A stretch of 64,000 bases of DNA from NCBI RefSeq assembly GCF_009914755.1, contig NC_060935.1, one strand, 5' to 3'. The notes beneath the pieces are model-generated. The model ran no database searches, was not told the DNA's origin, and saw only the letters and a program-made list of their open reading frames with translations. Shown one piece after another: positions 1 through 11,706 of the stretch (its first letter is position 1; each line of letters starts with the position of its first letter). A program made the translations under genes and the position numbers. Origin of the DNA: the human T2T-CHM13v2.0 reference genome, Homo sapiens.

Positions 1-470
1 TAGCATTGTGGTAAAAAAATGCACATAAAATATACTACCTTAATCATTTTTAAGTGTACAGTTGAGTAGTGCTAACTATATTCATATTGTTGTGCAACAA
101 ATCTCTAGAACTCTTTCATCTTGTAAGACTGAAACTCTATATTCATCGAACAACAAACAACTTTGTGTTTCCTCCTCCTCCAGCCCCTGGAACCACAATT
201 CTACTGTTTCTCTGAGTTTGACTACTTTAGATATCTCATACAAGTGGAATCATGTACAATTTGTCTTTTTGTAACTGGTTTATTTCGCTTCATGTAATGT
301 CTTCAAGGTTCACCCACGTTGTAGCATGTGACAGGGTGTCTTTTTTAAGGCCGAATAATATTCCATCGTATGTATATATCACATTTTATTTATCCATTCA
401 TCCATCCATTCGTGGACCTTTGGGTTGTTTCCACCTCCTGGCTATTGTGAATAATACTGCAATGAACACG
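1..470 (-). mobile_element. L1M 3'-end fragment
   Basis: Typical antisense L1 3'UTR text (agtggaatcatgtaca...ttggctattgtgaataatactgcaatgaaca). Confidence 0.85.
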
Positions 471-1469
471 GTTATGCCTTCAGAGTGCTTTGACTCCAGA
501 TGTAGACACTAATGTGCACCTGTGCCTGAATGTGATTCTTGACTATAAGAAAGAATTTTTGAGCTGGCAGAAAGGGAAAGGTAGGCCAGGTCAGGCTTCC
601 AGTCAGGCTCCCATGTTGGACATCCAGGCAACAGCAGAGAGATAGAAAACAGCCTGAATCCTTCAGAGTCCTGTCTGAAAGGAAAGCAATAACTTGGGTT
701 GAATGCTGACCATGCTGAACACTTTTGTGTCTGTTGATTGGGACATGTGGGAGGTTTTTTGAATTTTATGATTATGAAAATGAGGACAATTATTTTCTTC
801 AACTTCATAACATCATATATAACAATAATGAAAAGTGATCACCAACATCAGGAACAAGCCCAGCAGGGGATCTTAGCATGGAGGTGGTTTGTGTTATTTG
901 AAAACAGGGTTAATATAAAATAGAATATATTCAATTTCAAATATAATACAAACTACCATGAGTTTGGATTAGGATTGCAAAGAAACATGGGTGCGTGTAG
1001 CTGATGGGGCAGAGACCAAACTCTCAAAGGGCACAAAAGCCCCTGCCAGGATCTAACCAGATGTTCTTTACTCCCTAGCTTGCTGGTTAAAGAAATCATT
1101 CCTGCTGAAAGCTAGTCTTTAAAGAACTTTTGTTTCATATGCAGATCCCAGAGTCAGTATCTGGGCTCCCATGTCAGGCCTGTAGATGGCATTCCTGATA
1201 AAATTAGGTCATACACAGAAGGAATGAGTCAAGACCAGTTCTGAAGCTTCCCTGGGGACCAGGAAAAATGCCTTCAAGGAGGAAAAGAAAAACCATTACA
1301 AACTTGAGCCACTTTGACTTGCATGGATTTCTCTTATCCCATCATTTCAGTCCTCAGAGAAGGGCAGGCGGCTTATTGCAGATTCAACTTTTGGTATCAC
1401 TCTGGAGCTCCTTTACTTGTAACATAGCAAATACGGTTACTTTAAGGTACAGGAAAGCAGAAAAGGCAC

Positions 1470-1580
1470 TGGCCTGAGAGTCAGATGGTTTCTAGTTCCA
1501 GCCTGGCTACTTACTAGCTGGGTGGCTTTGGATAAGTGCCTGCACCTCTTGATCCTCAGCTTACCTACTGTAAAACCCAG
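1470..1580 (+). mobile_element. MIR fragment
   Basis: MIR core-like ttactagctgggtggctttggataagt...cctcagcttacctactgtaaaa. Confidence 0.6.
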
Positions 1581-1669
1581 TCCCAGGGCTAGAACAGCTC
1601 CATTTCTTTCAGCTCTACCATTCTGTGAATTAATGACATCAGTTGACCATTGATTGCATCCATTCTACT

Positions 1670-1675
1670 TTTATT
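1670..1675 (-). terminator. Probable DBX1 polyadenylation signal AATAAA
   Basis: tttatt on the plus strand ~1.17 kb downstream of the stop codon, preceded in transcript direction by AU-rich sequence with several UGUA motifs. Confidence 0.6.
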
Positions 1676-2844
1676 TGGCATTTGTTCATTTGATACATAT
1701 ATACATATATAAAAATCTGTACATGATAAAAATACAAAATAAGTATTTCTTCATAAGTTATGCAATTAAACAGCTACCTTTTTAAAGTTTAAAAGCCATT
1801 GCAAAACAAAAAAGTGAGAAATCTAGTCAGTCCTTTATAGTCATTCACAATAACCTTGGTATAAAATATCCATACAACCTGTGTGTACAAAATAGTGTAC
1901 AGTTCATAAGAGCTGTGCAAAGACAGCAAAGTTCAGTTAAAAAAAAAAACAAAGAGACTGTACAGGTCTCTCTGTCCACATCATGCCCAGTTCCAGGAGG
2001 TCTGCAGCTCAGCAACACCTCCCTAGGAATAACAAAAGGGCACAAGGTAGAGTGTGTGGTGCGTATACCATGGATACAGACATTAAAAAGAAAAAGCTTT
2101 AAAACACACATACAAGAATAGGGACTGCTGCTTTTTTCCCCCTTTAGAGAACTCACTTCTTTCGCCAGAGAGCTTTTGGAAGGTGACAGAGAAGACTCAA
2201 TATGTATGTTGTGCCTTGAATCAGAAGGCACTAATATATATATATATATTTCCTTTTTGAAAATCTTGAGCTTTCTAAGAGAACATCTATGGGAAGACAG
2301 AAGTGGGGTAGGGGGTGGAAATGAGAGACTGGAGTGAAATAGGAGCCCCTTGCTACCTATTAGGGGAGGTGAAGGGATCTAGAGGGTCAACGGTGCTGGA
2401 GTTAGTTATATGGTTTGGTGTTCTCACTCCCAACTCGGTTTCCTCCTCCATAAACAGGTTTCCTACCATATAGGGTGGTTACTGCTAACGACCAGCAGAG
2501 TGTGTCTCACAGTAAGGTCCAGGCCGTGGGACCACAGAACACCCCACTGTGTTTAAAATAGTTTGTAATAAACAAAATAGAATGGAGTCCTTGCTGAAAA
2601 GTTAAGGCTGGGACCAAGACTTAAAGTGAACTGATGTGGGGAGAACTATTTGGAGTTGGTTTTGTTGGGAAGGAAATGTCTCTTTGGGGCTACCGCAGGG
2701 CCGGTGGCGCCCTCAATGAGGTGATGGTTTCTACCGTCGGGAGAGGCAGCATCTGGGCACGGGGACAAAGTGAATGCGCAGACTGGACCCCACCTCTTCG
2801 ATTTCAAAGCACTTAAAAATAGTACTCTGGCGTGCGAGCGGCTT

Positions 2845-3204
2845 CTAGGACACGGTGATTTCCTCCTGTTCCTCGCCCTCCTCTTCCTCCTCGGAATCTG
2901 AGAAGTCCGAAGGTTTCCCGGGACTGCTCGAGTGCGCGGGCGAGGGGGGCAGCGGCCCTGGCAGCCGCGGGTCCCGCAGGTGCTGGGGGTCGGAGGACGC
3001 GTGGTAGGCCAGGCGGTGGCTGGGGCTGCCCGGGCCCTCCTCCTCCTCTTCGTTCCCAGGGCCCTTCTGGCCCACGTCGCTGAGGTCCGGGTGCGGATTG
3101 AGCTTGGTGGGCAGGGTCTGCTCGCGACAGCCCCCGCTAGACAGGAGTTCGCGCTCCTTGGAGTTCCGCCATTTCATGCGTCGGTTCTGGAACCAGATTT
3201 TCAC
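2845..3204 (-). CDS. DBX1: DBX1 coding exon 4, recognition helix VKIWFQNRRMKWR (Q50) and acidic C-terminus ending EITVS
   Basis: Acceptor TTCCAG|GTG at 3205/3204; TAG stop at 2845-2847; total spliced ORF 343 aa. Confidence 0.97.
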   Translation of the reverse strand: MKIWFQNRRMKWRNSKERELLSSGGCREQTLPTKLNPHPDLSDVGQKGPGNEEEEEGPGSPSHRLAYHASSDPQHLRDPRLPGPLPPSPAHSSSPGKPSDFSDSEEEEEGEEQEEITVS

Positions 3205-3667
3205 CTGGAATGTCCCGGCCGGCGAGAAGAAGGGAGAAGCAGAGGTCAGATCAGGGGCTCCGGGGGACGCACGGGGGCGGGGAGTGGAGTCGGGTGCAGG
3301 CTCTGTCCTTCGGGCTGTGTCCTCTCCCCACCCCCAGAAATGAGTTCCGGTGGATTCCCGCATTGACTCCGCCCCCGCCTCAGCTCGCGGTTCCGTTTGC
3401 CTCATCCGCTGCCACCCTGCCCCGAAGGGCGGGGTTGGGGGCCGGTGAGGCCGGGAGAGAAGGCGGGGAGTCGGGGTGGGGAGAGAAGAGGGCTATCCTG
3501 CGGAGCTTCGAGGGTAGTGGCCCGTGTACTCACTCCCTCTCTAGGCCTCGGTTTTCCCATCTGTACAGTGGGACCTAAGCCGTTTCCGAACCCTTGCAAT
3601 TGACGGGTGCGCCGGGGAGGGGTGAAGGGCGGGGGCGGGGGGGGTGCTGTGGAGGAAATGCGCTCAC

Positions 3668-3870
3668 CTGCGAGTCTTTCAGGCCCAGCTTGGCCGCCAG
3701 CTTCTTGCGGTCGGGCTTGCTGATGTACTTCTGCTTCTGGAACATCTTCTCCAGCGCCTTCCGCTGCACGTCGGAGAAGACTGCTCGACGCAGCATGCCC
3801 CGCCGAGGCTTCCCGCGCGCGGCCAGCGGCCAGGAGAAGGTCCCGGGGATGGGCACCACGCTGGAGGAAG
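3668..3870 (-). CDS. DBX1: DBX1 coding exon 3, homeodomain helices 1-2 (GMLRRAVFSDVQRKALEKMFQKQKYISKPDRKKLAAKLGLKDSQ)
   Basis: Acceptor CTGCAG| at 3871/3870; donor CAG|GTGAGC at 3668/3667; 203 nt; cumulative 672 nt = 224 codons. Confidence 0.97.
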
Positions 3871-4834
3871 CTGCAGGGTGGGGGGAGGTGGCGAGTGAGT
3901 GGGCGTACGCCCCCCAGTCCCAACACGGCTCTCCCTGGCTTTTTGCTCTGATCCCTTCATCTCTTTAAAACGCTCCTTTTTCTCCCCCTGGAGAATAGGC
4001 CACGAACCTACAAACCTGCGAGAGTGAAAGGCGCTTTCCGCCCAAACAACTTTCCCTTTCAACCGTGCAAACCCGGATTAGGTAAAACCACGGAAACAGA
4101 GAAAACAGCCCCCACAATAGCCTGTTTCGTTTTTCCATTCAGTGGACTTAGGGAAACAAACCTGCGTACATCAACTAAAACAGCAATAGAAAAAATAAAT
4201 TACTAAAATAAAAATAAAATATCCAGCCGAGGCCACTGTGTTTCTCCCCTAAGCTTTTATCATTTCAGTGGCTTTTGCATTCTTTAGATGAAAATGAGGT
4301 GCTTTACTATTTTGATAAAGAGGGAAAAATCCGATTTAGATTTTTTGAAAAATCCAATAAGTATTCATCTTTTTTATATTAATCCTTCCTCCCCTCCCCC
4401 ACGAAACGTAAAGAATTCGGCCCGAATACATGAAAAGTGGCAGCTAATTAGCACATTGACTGCTTCCCAATGGGTATTGGTATGATAAAAGGGGGGAGAG
4501 TTTTGCTTTAAGCGAAAGAAAAAAACAAAACAAAAAGAAACAGAGACTCTAATGAAGCGTGAATGGTAATTGTGTAGTAATGAACTAACAGAAAAAGACT
4601 GAGGACAAGCAGCGAAAGCCATATATTACTGGGACAAAAGAGATTTACACTTTCAAACTAAACACAACTGCAGGCCAAGACCATTGGGAGAATACTGATG
4701 GCAGAAGCTTCTCTTCCCCGAATCGTTTTCATTAAATGGACATGAAAAGCTATTTATAAAGCTCGGGTTGTTTTTGTTAGAGCATTGAGATGAGGGAGAA
4801 AGGGAGCAAATTCCATTATTAGCAGCAGTGTGAA

Positions 4835-4869
4835 TGGTGGTGGTGGTGGTGGTGGTGGTGGTGGTGGTG
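4835..4869. repeat. (TGG)n microsatellite in DBX1 intron 2
   Basis: Direct read. Confidence 0.95.
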
Positions 4870-5818
4870 CTGGGGGGTGGGGGGAGGGCGAATTATCTCT
4901 CCCCTTTAAAAAATCAATTGCTTGTTTCTTTTGCTGATATTTGGGAGTGCTGTCGTGATTTTACCCATCCCCCGCAGGCCATACCCAGTTTTTCTTCTCT
5001 GTATAGGGACTCTCCTGCCTCCTTTTTAGTTTTGACCAGTGGCAGAGTTTTTGAGCCATAGTTTGAATCATCAGTGAGGTTACAGGAAGAAAACCTGGTG
5101 GAAGCTGCCTAAGGTGTTGCTGTTTTAGGCTGGGACACAATTATGGGCTTTCTTCTAACTGCTTCTTATTTTGCAAGATCAACGGTATTTTATAAGACAG
5201 GGTGGGAAAGGAGTATGAGAAGGGGTTTGGAAATCAGGCTGGAAATAGGTTGGGATTGGGGGAGGATCTAATCCCCCTCCCCCTGGGCGACCCTAGGCAT
5301 CCCACACAAGAGGGCACCCCATGTGGTCTTGTGAAAAGCCCGAAGCCCTGAATGAGTCTTAAAGAGAAATTAGCCCCGGCTGGTAGGTGTCTCTCGGCGG
5401 CGTGGAGGGACTAGGGCCGGTCTGTGTGTGGCTGCCCGGAGGAGCTGACCAATTGGTCATGGTGCTGAAACCTTTGTGGGGAATCGTGGCCAAGTGCACT
5501 GACTCTGTGGGAAAACGGCGGCGTGAAGGGATGCCAACAGCTCCTCGCCGGGAAGGGAACCGCCTCAAATTGGGACCATGACAATTCCTGCTAATTTGTA
5601 GAGCAGGGAATTGGTGCAAAGTGTCAAGCAGTCACTGCTTGTGCTCAATAGGGCATCAAATTGGCGCGACGGATTCATGAATGTTGTACGCCTCGCAACC
5701 TCTGAACCAGAGCATAACCCCGAGGGGTGGACGGAGAAATACGGCTTCGGAGCAGGGAGCGATGGGCCGGGGCTGGGGCGCCGCCCTGCCTCGCGCAAAG
5801 AAGGGGGACGAGACCTAC

Positions 5819-5920
5819 CTGGGAAATAAGAAGATCTGATGAAAGGCTGAAAAGACCCTTCGAAGTAGGGAAAGGCGAAGGTCTTGGGAGGGACGCTCTG
5901 GAGCAAGGCTGGGGATGTTT
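5819..5920 (-). CDS. DBX1: DBX1 coding exon 2 (ETSPALLQ...SSYFP)
   Basis: Polypyrimidine tract and CCAG| acceptor at 5921/5920; donor AG|GTAGGT at 5819/5818; 102 nt keeps the frame. Confidence 0.96.
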
Positions 5921-6584
5921 CTGGTGGGCGATGGAGGGGGGACAGAAGGAGAGAGGGAGACAGAAAGAATCTGATTACGTACTTGCCTATTGTATAGCAC
6001 ACTGAACACACGATATAATTAGCCCTTCATCTGGTTTCAAAGACATCTTTCTTATACGTTGACAGGGTAAAATAAATCTTCCCAACATTGTCTTATCTGT
6101 AAAACTCTTTTCTTTCTCCCCAACGTAATTCTCTGCGCCGTCCCACTCTACCCCAATCTCCATCCTAGGCACTAACGAGATAGGACTGAGTGGGGAGGAA
6201 AGAAATTGCAGATTTATAATATTTGCTAATCCAATAAATATATCATATTGAGTTAAAAAAAAAAACTGTCTCCTAGAAGCTCGAAGGCAGAAACGCAGAC
6301 GTCCAGGAGCGTGTGCTCAGCGTTACTGCACCAGATGACTGCGCACAGTCTCCGACTGCGTGTGCTCAAGTTCACTCCGAGGATGGGGCGAGCCTGGAGG
6401 CTTTTCTTCCCCGGAATTGACTGGACTATTCTCACATTGCCTGACGTAGGGTCTCAGAGTTCGTGCGTATTGTGTGTGCACCGATGTGTGTGTGGGGGCC
6501 CGCTCGCTAGAGGAAACTGAGGCCAGGATGACTCCGCGCATGCCTAGTACCTGAATGGGCCCTTAGGGTTCTGACCTCGCTTAC

Positions 6585-6951
6585 CTGTTCTGGGCCCCGA
6601 GGAGAGGATGGCGTTCACTCCAAACTTCAGAAACGTCGTCTCGCTGGCAGGGGAGAAGGCAGTCGGCGGAGAGCCGCCCCGTCGGCTGCCGGGACCCGGG
6701 GAGCCCAGGTCCGAGGCCCCCGTGTCGGTGAGGGCCGTGGGGGCCCCCTGCCTGGGCGGCGACATGCTGGCGGTGGGCACGCTGCGGGGCAGGTAGGCGG
6801 GGGGTCGGCTGATGCGGATCAGATCCTCCACCAGGAAGCTGGAGTGGCCGGAAAATGCCGACTGCAAGGACTGGGGCAGCGTCAAGGTGGGCGTGGGCCG
6901 CAGGAGGCTAGGGTACCCGGCGGGGGGCGCGAGGAGGCCGGGGAACATCAT
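6585..6951 (-). CDS. DBX1: DBX1 coding exon 1 (MMFPGLLAPP...SSGPRT), containing the eh1-like motifs SFLVEDLI and LKFGVNAIL
   Basis: ATG at 6951 in context CCTACCATGA; donor AG|GTAAGC at 6585/6584; 367 nt, phase 1; protein recognised as the DBX1 N-terminus. Confidence 0.97.
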
Positions 6952-7094
6952 GGTAGGCGCGGGCGGGCGAAATAACCCTTCTTTCAGTGGCCGGAGGGTA
7001 AACGCCTCGCTTCCCGCCCCTCCCGCCCCCACAGTGTCCTCTCTCTTGGGCTTAGCAAACGTCTCCAAGTAACAATCCCACTTGGGCGTCTGCG

Positions 7095-7345
7095 AGTCCT
7101 CCGTGGTCCTCTCGTCGAGGTGATGGTTTTATAGTGGCCCGCCCGCTAAAGCACTTTGAAAAGTGACAGCTCTGACAATGAAGTTCAACAAAGTTCTCCA
7201 CTCGAGCTTCATTCGCCGGAGGCTCTGGACTCTCTGATTGGCGCAGGGGTGCAATTTATGATTGGATTAGTCTTCATAAGCATGGCCCGCACAATGGGCC
7301 GGCAACAAAGGCCCGCGCGCATCAATTTTGCATATCGACCGCCTC
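7095..7345 (-). promoter_or_regulatory. DBX1: DBX1 core and proximal promoter
   Basis: On the minus strand: TATAAAA at 7127-7133, GC box at ~7136-7146, CCAAT at 7237-7241 and 7261-7265. Also SOX-like ACAAT/AACAAAG, TCF-like CTTTGAA and octamer-like TTTGCAT. TSS predicted near 7100. Confidence 0.8.
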
Positions 7346-9199
7346 TTTGCAATACAGTGCGCCCCCAAAGCTCTCGCCAAAGGTTTTTGTTCCGAAGCAA
7401 CACCCGGGCTAATTAAATGCCTATTTAGAAGTTTCAGATGACATCTTGCCTCATAGAAAAGGAATTATTTAAAGAACCCACTAAATTTATTTGCAGCTCC
7501 CCTGCTAAGCCTGGAAAATAAATCAATAAATATTCATAGAAATACATCTTCAGGCTATCAGCAAAGTTGCCCTCCCTCTTGTGGGGGTAGGGCAATGAAA
7601 AGTTTCAAGTCAGTGGACATGAAAATATACTCCCTTTCCGGTCTCTAGCCCTATCCGTTACTCCAGCTGAAGCATAAAGCAAATGTAGGGGTGAGTGAAA
7701 TCAGTGTTAGAAGTCCCATTCTGACGACTCAGGGAAACTTGGAAACGGATGCTTTGGGGCCACTGGATGTGTGTCCGTAAGAGTGGGGAGAGGTCTGGAG
7801 TTATTTCATTTCGGGAGACTGGTTGAGTTTGAGCGTTGGTGGATACCTGAAAAGTAAAAGGAGTCTCCTTCAAATTCCCAGCAACTTGGAAAACGATTTT
7901 CTCTAGGAGTTTCTGCAAGGGGCTCTCCGCACCTCACCTTGCGGGAGGAGCGGAGGAGAGCGGCGCTGGGCTGCCGAGCGGCAGGATTCCGCTTGCAAAG
8001 AGCTTAGGCTGACCGGAAACTGCCTCGGGCAAGGGTATCCAAAGGCTGTGAGTGCTATGCTGGCCGTTCTCCAAACACAGGGAGCTCTCGGCAGTTTAAG
8101 TTGAAACTCACAGCCCTGACATTTTAAGCCATAGCAGCGAAGGTCCAGACGTCGTCTGGAGAGAACCCTACCACTTGCGGGGCCCTTAACTTGGCCCAAG
8201 GTTTGGCAGCTTCTTAATTAACTACAACGCACAAACGCGTGAAAACCAGAGGGAAGGGATGCGGTTCCCAAGAATGTTGGTCCACTCCGGGAAAGCCTCC
8301 CCTGAATGTGGGGCTTCAAAGGAGAATCTTCCTGGAGACAGTCCCTTCGCTTTCCTCTGGTTGGGGCTGAGGTGGTACTAAGACTCGATTCCCCCCATTT
8401 CTCTGTTCGGCGAGATAACAGATGTGTTAAATGTCCCATTCATCTCTTTAGTGTGGCTGAACCTCCCCAAAGAGAAGTGTGCAGCCCCGCCAGGCCGCCC
8501 TGATCCTATTAACCATGAACTAACTGTCACCTTCAGCTGGTTTTCCTTTTTGCTTTTTAACACAAAGCTTTCTCAAAAATCTTATTAACCAGCTTTATTT
8601 CTCTCGATGGTTTTGTTCGGGGTGTTTTGTGTTGATGATCTCCATGTCGCTGCTTTAACCATTCAATAAAAGTGCATCTGCGATTTATATCACATTAAAC
8701 CAGAAACGGAGCCGGCTAAAACTCTCCCTTGATTCAAATTAAAAAGTTATTTAGGGCCCAGCTCCAGAGGCGAATTAATGCTAGAAGATGACGTAAGTGC
8801 GGAGTTTCTGAGCCCAAGACCGCTCATGCTCATGGGCAGCGGGAGAAAACCAATCAGGAAAGAAACAACTTTTAAATAAGGGGCTATTTAAATATGGGAA
8901 GCGCCTTGCTGGAGTGAATTGGAGTCCCCTGGAAACGGAAGAAGGAGATCTGTCGAAGAACGTCAAAAGTTCCTTTTTGAAGTTTGCAATAAAATAGGTG
9001 AGAAAAGCATAAGCTATCTGAACACCTGCACTTTAACCTTGCCATGAGACAGTTTCCCATTGCAATAAGACTGGCTCTCTCCCTTCCTCTCCCTTACTTT
9101 TTTCCTCAGGCCCACCTCCCTCCTTCTCCCACTCCCTTTCCCTCTGCCCCCCACCCCTTTTTCTCCCCGAGTCTTAAGGACTTGGGCAATTGCCAGTTC

Positions 9200-10700
9200 C
9201 CAGAAGGACGCGCCGGGGGCTTCAGGATGTTTGATTCCCTACCGGTGAAGCGCTTGTCCAAGTCTTCCGGATGATCAGAATAGAGTCTATATTTGCCAAA
9301 ATCAACTTGGATTTTGTTTTTTTTTGGAGGGGGGAACGGTAAGAACTTGAAGCCAGCGTGAGCCCTTCCCAGCTCCTCCTTCCCTGTTGGGGCATTTGCC
9401 GGGGTGTAGTTTTCACCGTTTCCTGTCCGTCGACAGGCTTCATGCCACCCCCTAGCCCCCACCCCAAGCCCCAGCCATTCTGCCTCACTATAGACTAACT
9501 GCTACTAACTTCTCGGCTTTTAAAAGTCTACCCTGCCATTTTTTGGAGGGTGGATCAACCCCTTGCTGCGATCCACGTGGACCCTGCTTCCTGGGGTCGG
9601 TCTCCACAGCCTCCTAAAGAATTCCTAAAGCGCCAAAGAGGAAAAGTGAGGGCGGGGGCGAGGGGGCGAGGGCTGGCCGCCCGTGAAAGGAAAAATAAAT
9701 CCTAAGGAAGCAAGAAATCGGACGAAAGGATCTTACTTTAAGTGATCTCCTTGAACGCGTCTTTTCAAACTCCGCGATAGCCCAAGGAGCTGCGCGGCGC
9801 GGCGGCTGCGGCTAAGACCTGTGACTAATGCCATTTGACCTGAGCCCATGGGGTTTTGTGCGTCCTGCCATTCACTGTTATGTCGTTATCTTCAAGTTTA
9901 TTTCGGAGAAATCACTCGCGTTCTTTGTCTCAAGGCTGAGCTTTCTGTCTATTTCTCTTTCAAGAGAAAAGAAGACGGGAGGGGAAAAGAGAGAATCGGA
10001 GTCCCTGGTTTGGGGTTTAAGGTCCTTGCCTACGCTGCGAGGGAGGCCGCAGCAGATCCGGCTGGGGCTCCCCGGGCCTAGGTGGCCAAAGCTGCCGAAA
10101 CCTGCCTTGGATAGTAGAAAGAGCGTGTCGGAACGCACTCTGGGGGTTTCGTTCCCCCCGCGCAGGGGAGAGCGAGCATGTTCCTGCCCCGGGCGCCGTG
10201 CGGTCGCAGCAGCAGCGCGGCCCTCTCCAGTGCGAGCCGTGCCTGGAATGTCTCGGGTAAGCGAAGGGCCAGCAAGCGAGGCGAAACGGACACTATAAAG
10301 CAGAGAGTGGTGTGAGCTTCCCCGCCCTCTGAAAAGATGGCAAGTCTCCGTTTCGGGAAGGCTGCAACGCTAAGGTCACCCTTTGCAGGCTTCGGACCCC
10401 CAGTCCTCCATGCTCCCTGCCGGAGCAGCCAACAGAGTGAAAGCGCATTTTGGAAAGATTGGCCGGATGCCGGGCGGCGACAGGGAAAAGCGCCCGACGC
10501 CTGGCTTTGGGGTGGGGGGTGTGGGGAGGGGGGGCAGGGAGCTAACGGGCGAGGCGAAGGAGGAGGGCTGCGAGGCTCGGACTGAAAGAGCTTTCCTACC
10601 GCCCCAGCCCCTCTTCGCAAGCCTCTCTTTTAAGACAGCTCTAAGGGGTTCACCTTCAGAATAGGCCACTAGGAGCTACCGCTGCCCCAGCTCTTTCTAG
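9200..10700. other. Upstream CpG island, part of the extended CpG domain typical of developmental TF loci
   Basis: Dense CpG and GC boxes, free of repeats. Confidence 0.75.
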
Positions 10701-11645
10701 TGTCTCCCCCCTCACCCCCCATCCCTTTCACACTCACTCCCCTCTTTTTCCTTGAAAATCCTTCTATTGTGCCAATCAAGCAGATGGTTTGCAGGAAATA
10801 TAGCTTGGCCTCGCTGACCGAAACAAATTTTAACTAGCTTTCCAAGCCCGAAACGTTTGTTTTGCTCTTACAAAATAGCCCCCAAAACAGCTGGCAAGGG
10901 TGAATTAAACCCATTAAAGACACATTTATAAGAAATTATATTCACATAGATTGCCCGAACCCCCTTGTGCTGCCTAAGAGAGGAGATGAGCGCATTTAAA
11001 TGAAAATGTCACCGGACGCTCCCCTCCTTAACGTAGCCTGAAAGTCTCAAAACATTTTACTAAATAGATTAACTTGACTATTGTCTTGCATCACATTTAT
11101 CAGCTTCATTAAGTGAATAGCTGAACAAATATATTACGCATGCATGAAAAGCTCTTTTTCGAGGAGTCTCATTGTATCCTCAGCCCTGACAGGTGGTTAA
11201 CTGTGTGTTGTTTTTTTTTGTGTGTGGGTTTTTTTGGTGTTTTCTTTTTCTTTTTTTTTATTATTATTTTTTAACCCGAATAAAGGGGATCTCTGTAGAG
11301 CGGTGCAGGGCTTGCAGTGCGGACTTGGAGAAAGTTTACTTCAACTCCCTTCTTGGACAACCCTCTGCCCTAGCAATATTAAAACCATGTTGGGCCAAGG
11401 AGATATGAGACCGTTCAAAATAATCAAAATTAAATTTTGGTAAGCCCAGCCTTGAGTGCTTTCTCTCTCCATCATTATCTCTGCCCACTTGTCTGGGAAA
11501 TTAATTTCATACTGCTACTTTTTAAAGCTGAAGATTCCGTCCCACTCTGCTTGAAAATAGCCATTGTTTCTCCTTGCTTAACCAGCTCTTCACAGACTGC
11601 AGGATTAAATATTCTTTTTTTTTAAAAAAAAGAAAATAATAATAA

Positions 11646-11706
11646 AGACAGAGTCTCATTTTGTTGTCCAGGCTAGTTTCCAACTCCTGGCCTCAAGTGA
11701 TCCTCC
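11646..11706 (-). mobile_element. Alu monomer fragment
   Basis: gagtctcattttgttgtccaggct...ctcctggcctcaagtgatcctcc. Confidence 0.75.

Larger units (their letters stand above)
2680..4060. other. CpG island over DBX1 exons 3-4
   Basis: Visibly high GC and CpG density. Confidence 0.85.
5380..7420. other. CpG island over DBX1 promoter, exon 1 and exon 2
   Basis: High CpG density. Confidence 0.8.

Noticed and set aside
3205-3405. Stop-free in-frame extension of exon 4 into intron 3 (ORF 2845..3405)
   Set aside because: A canonical acceptor at 3204 completes the homeodomain; GC-rich introns often lack stops; the product would lack helices 1-2
2932-4062. Multiple overlapping and antisense ORFs over DBX1
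   Set aside because: Shadow ORFs of GC-rich coding DNA with no recognisable domains
9828-10669. 156-aa and 180-aa ORFs in the upstream CpG island
   Set aside because: Low-complexity, GC-driven ORFs with no homology or exon structure
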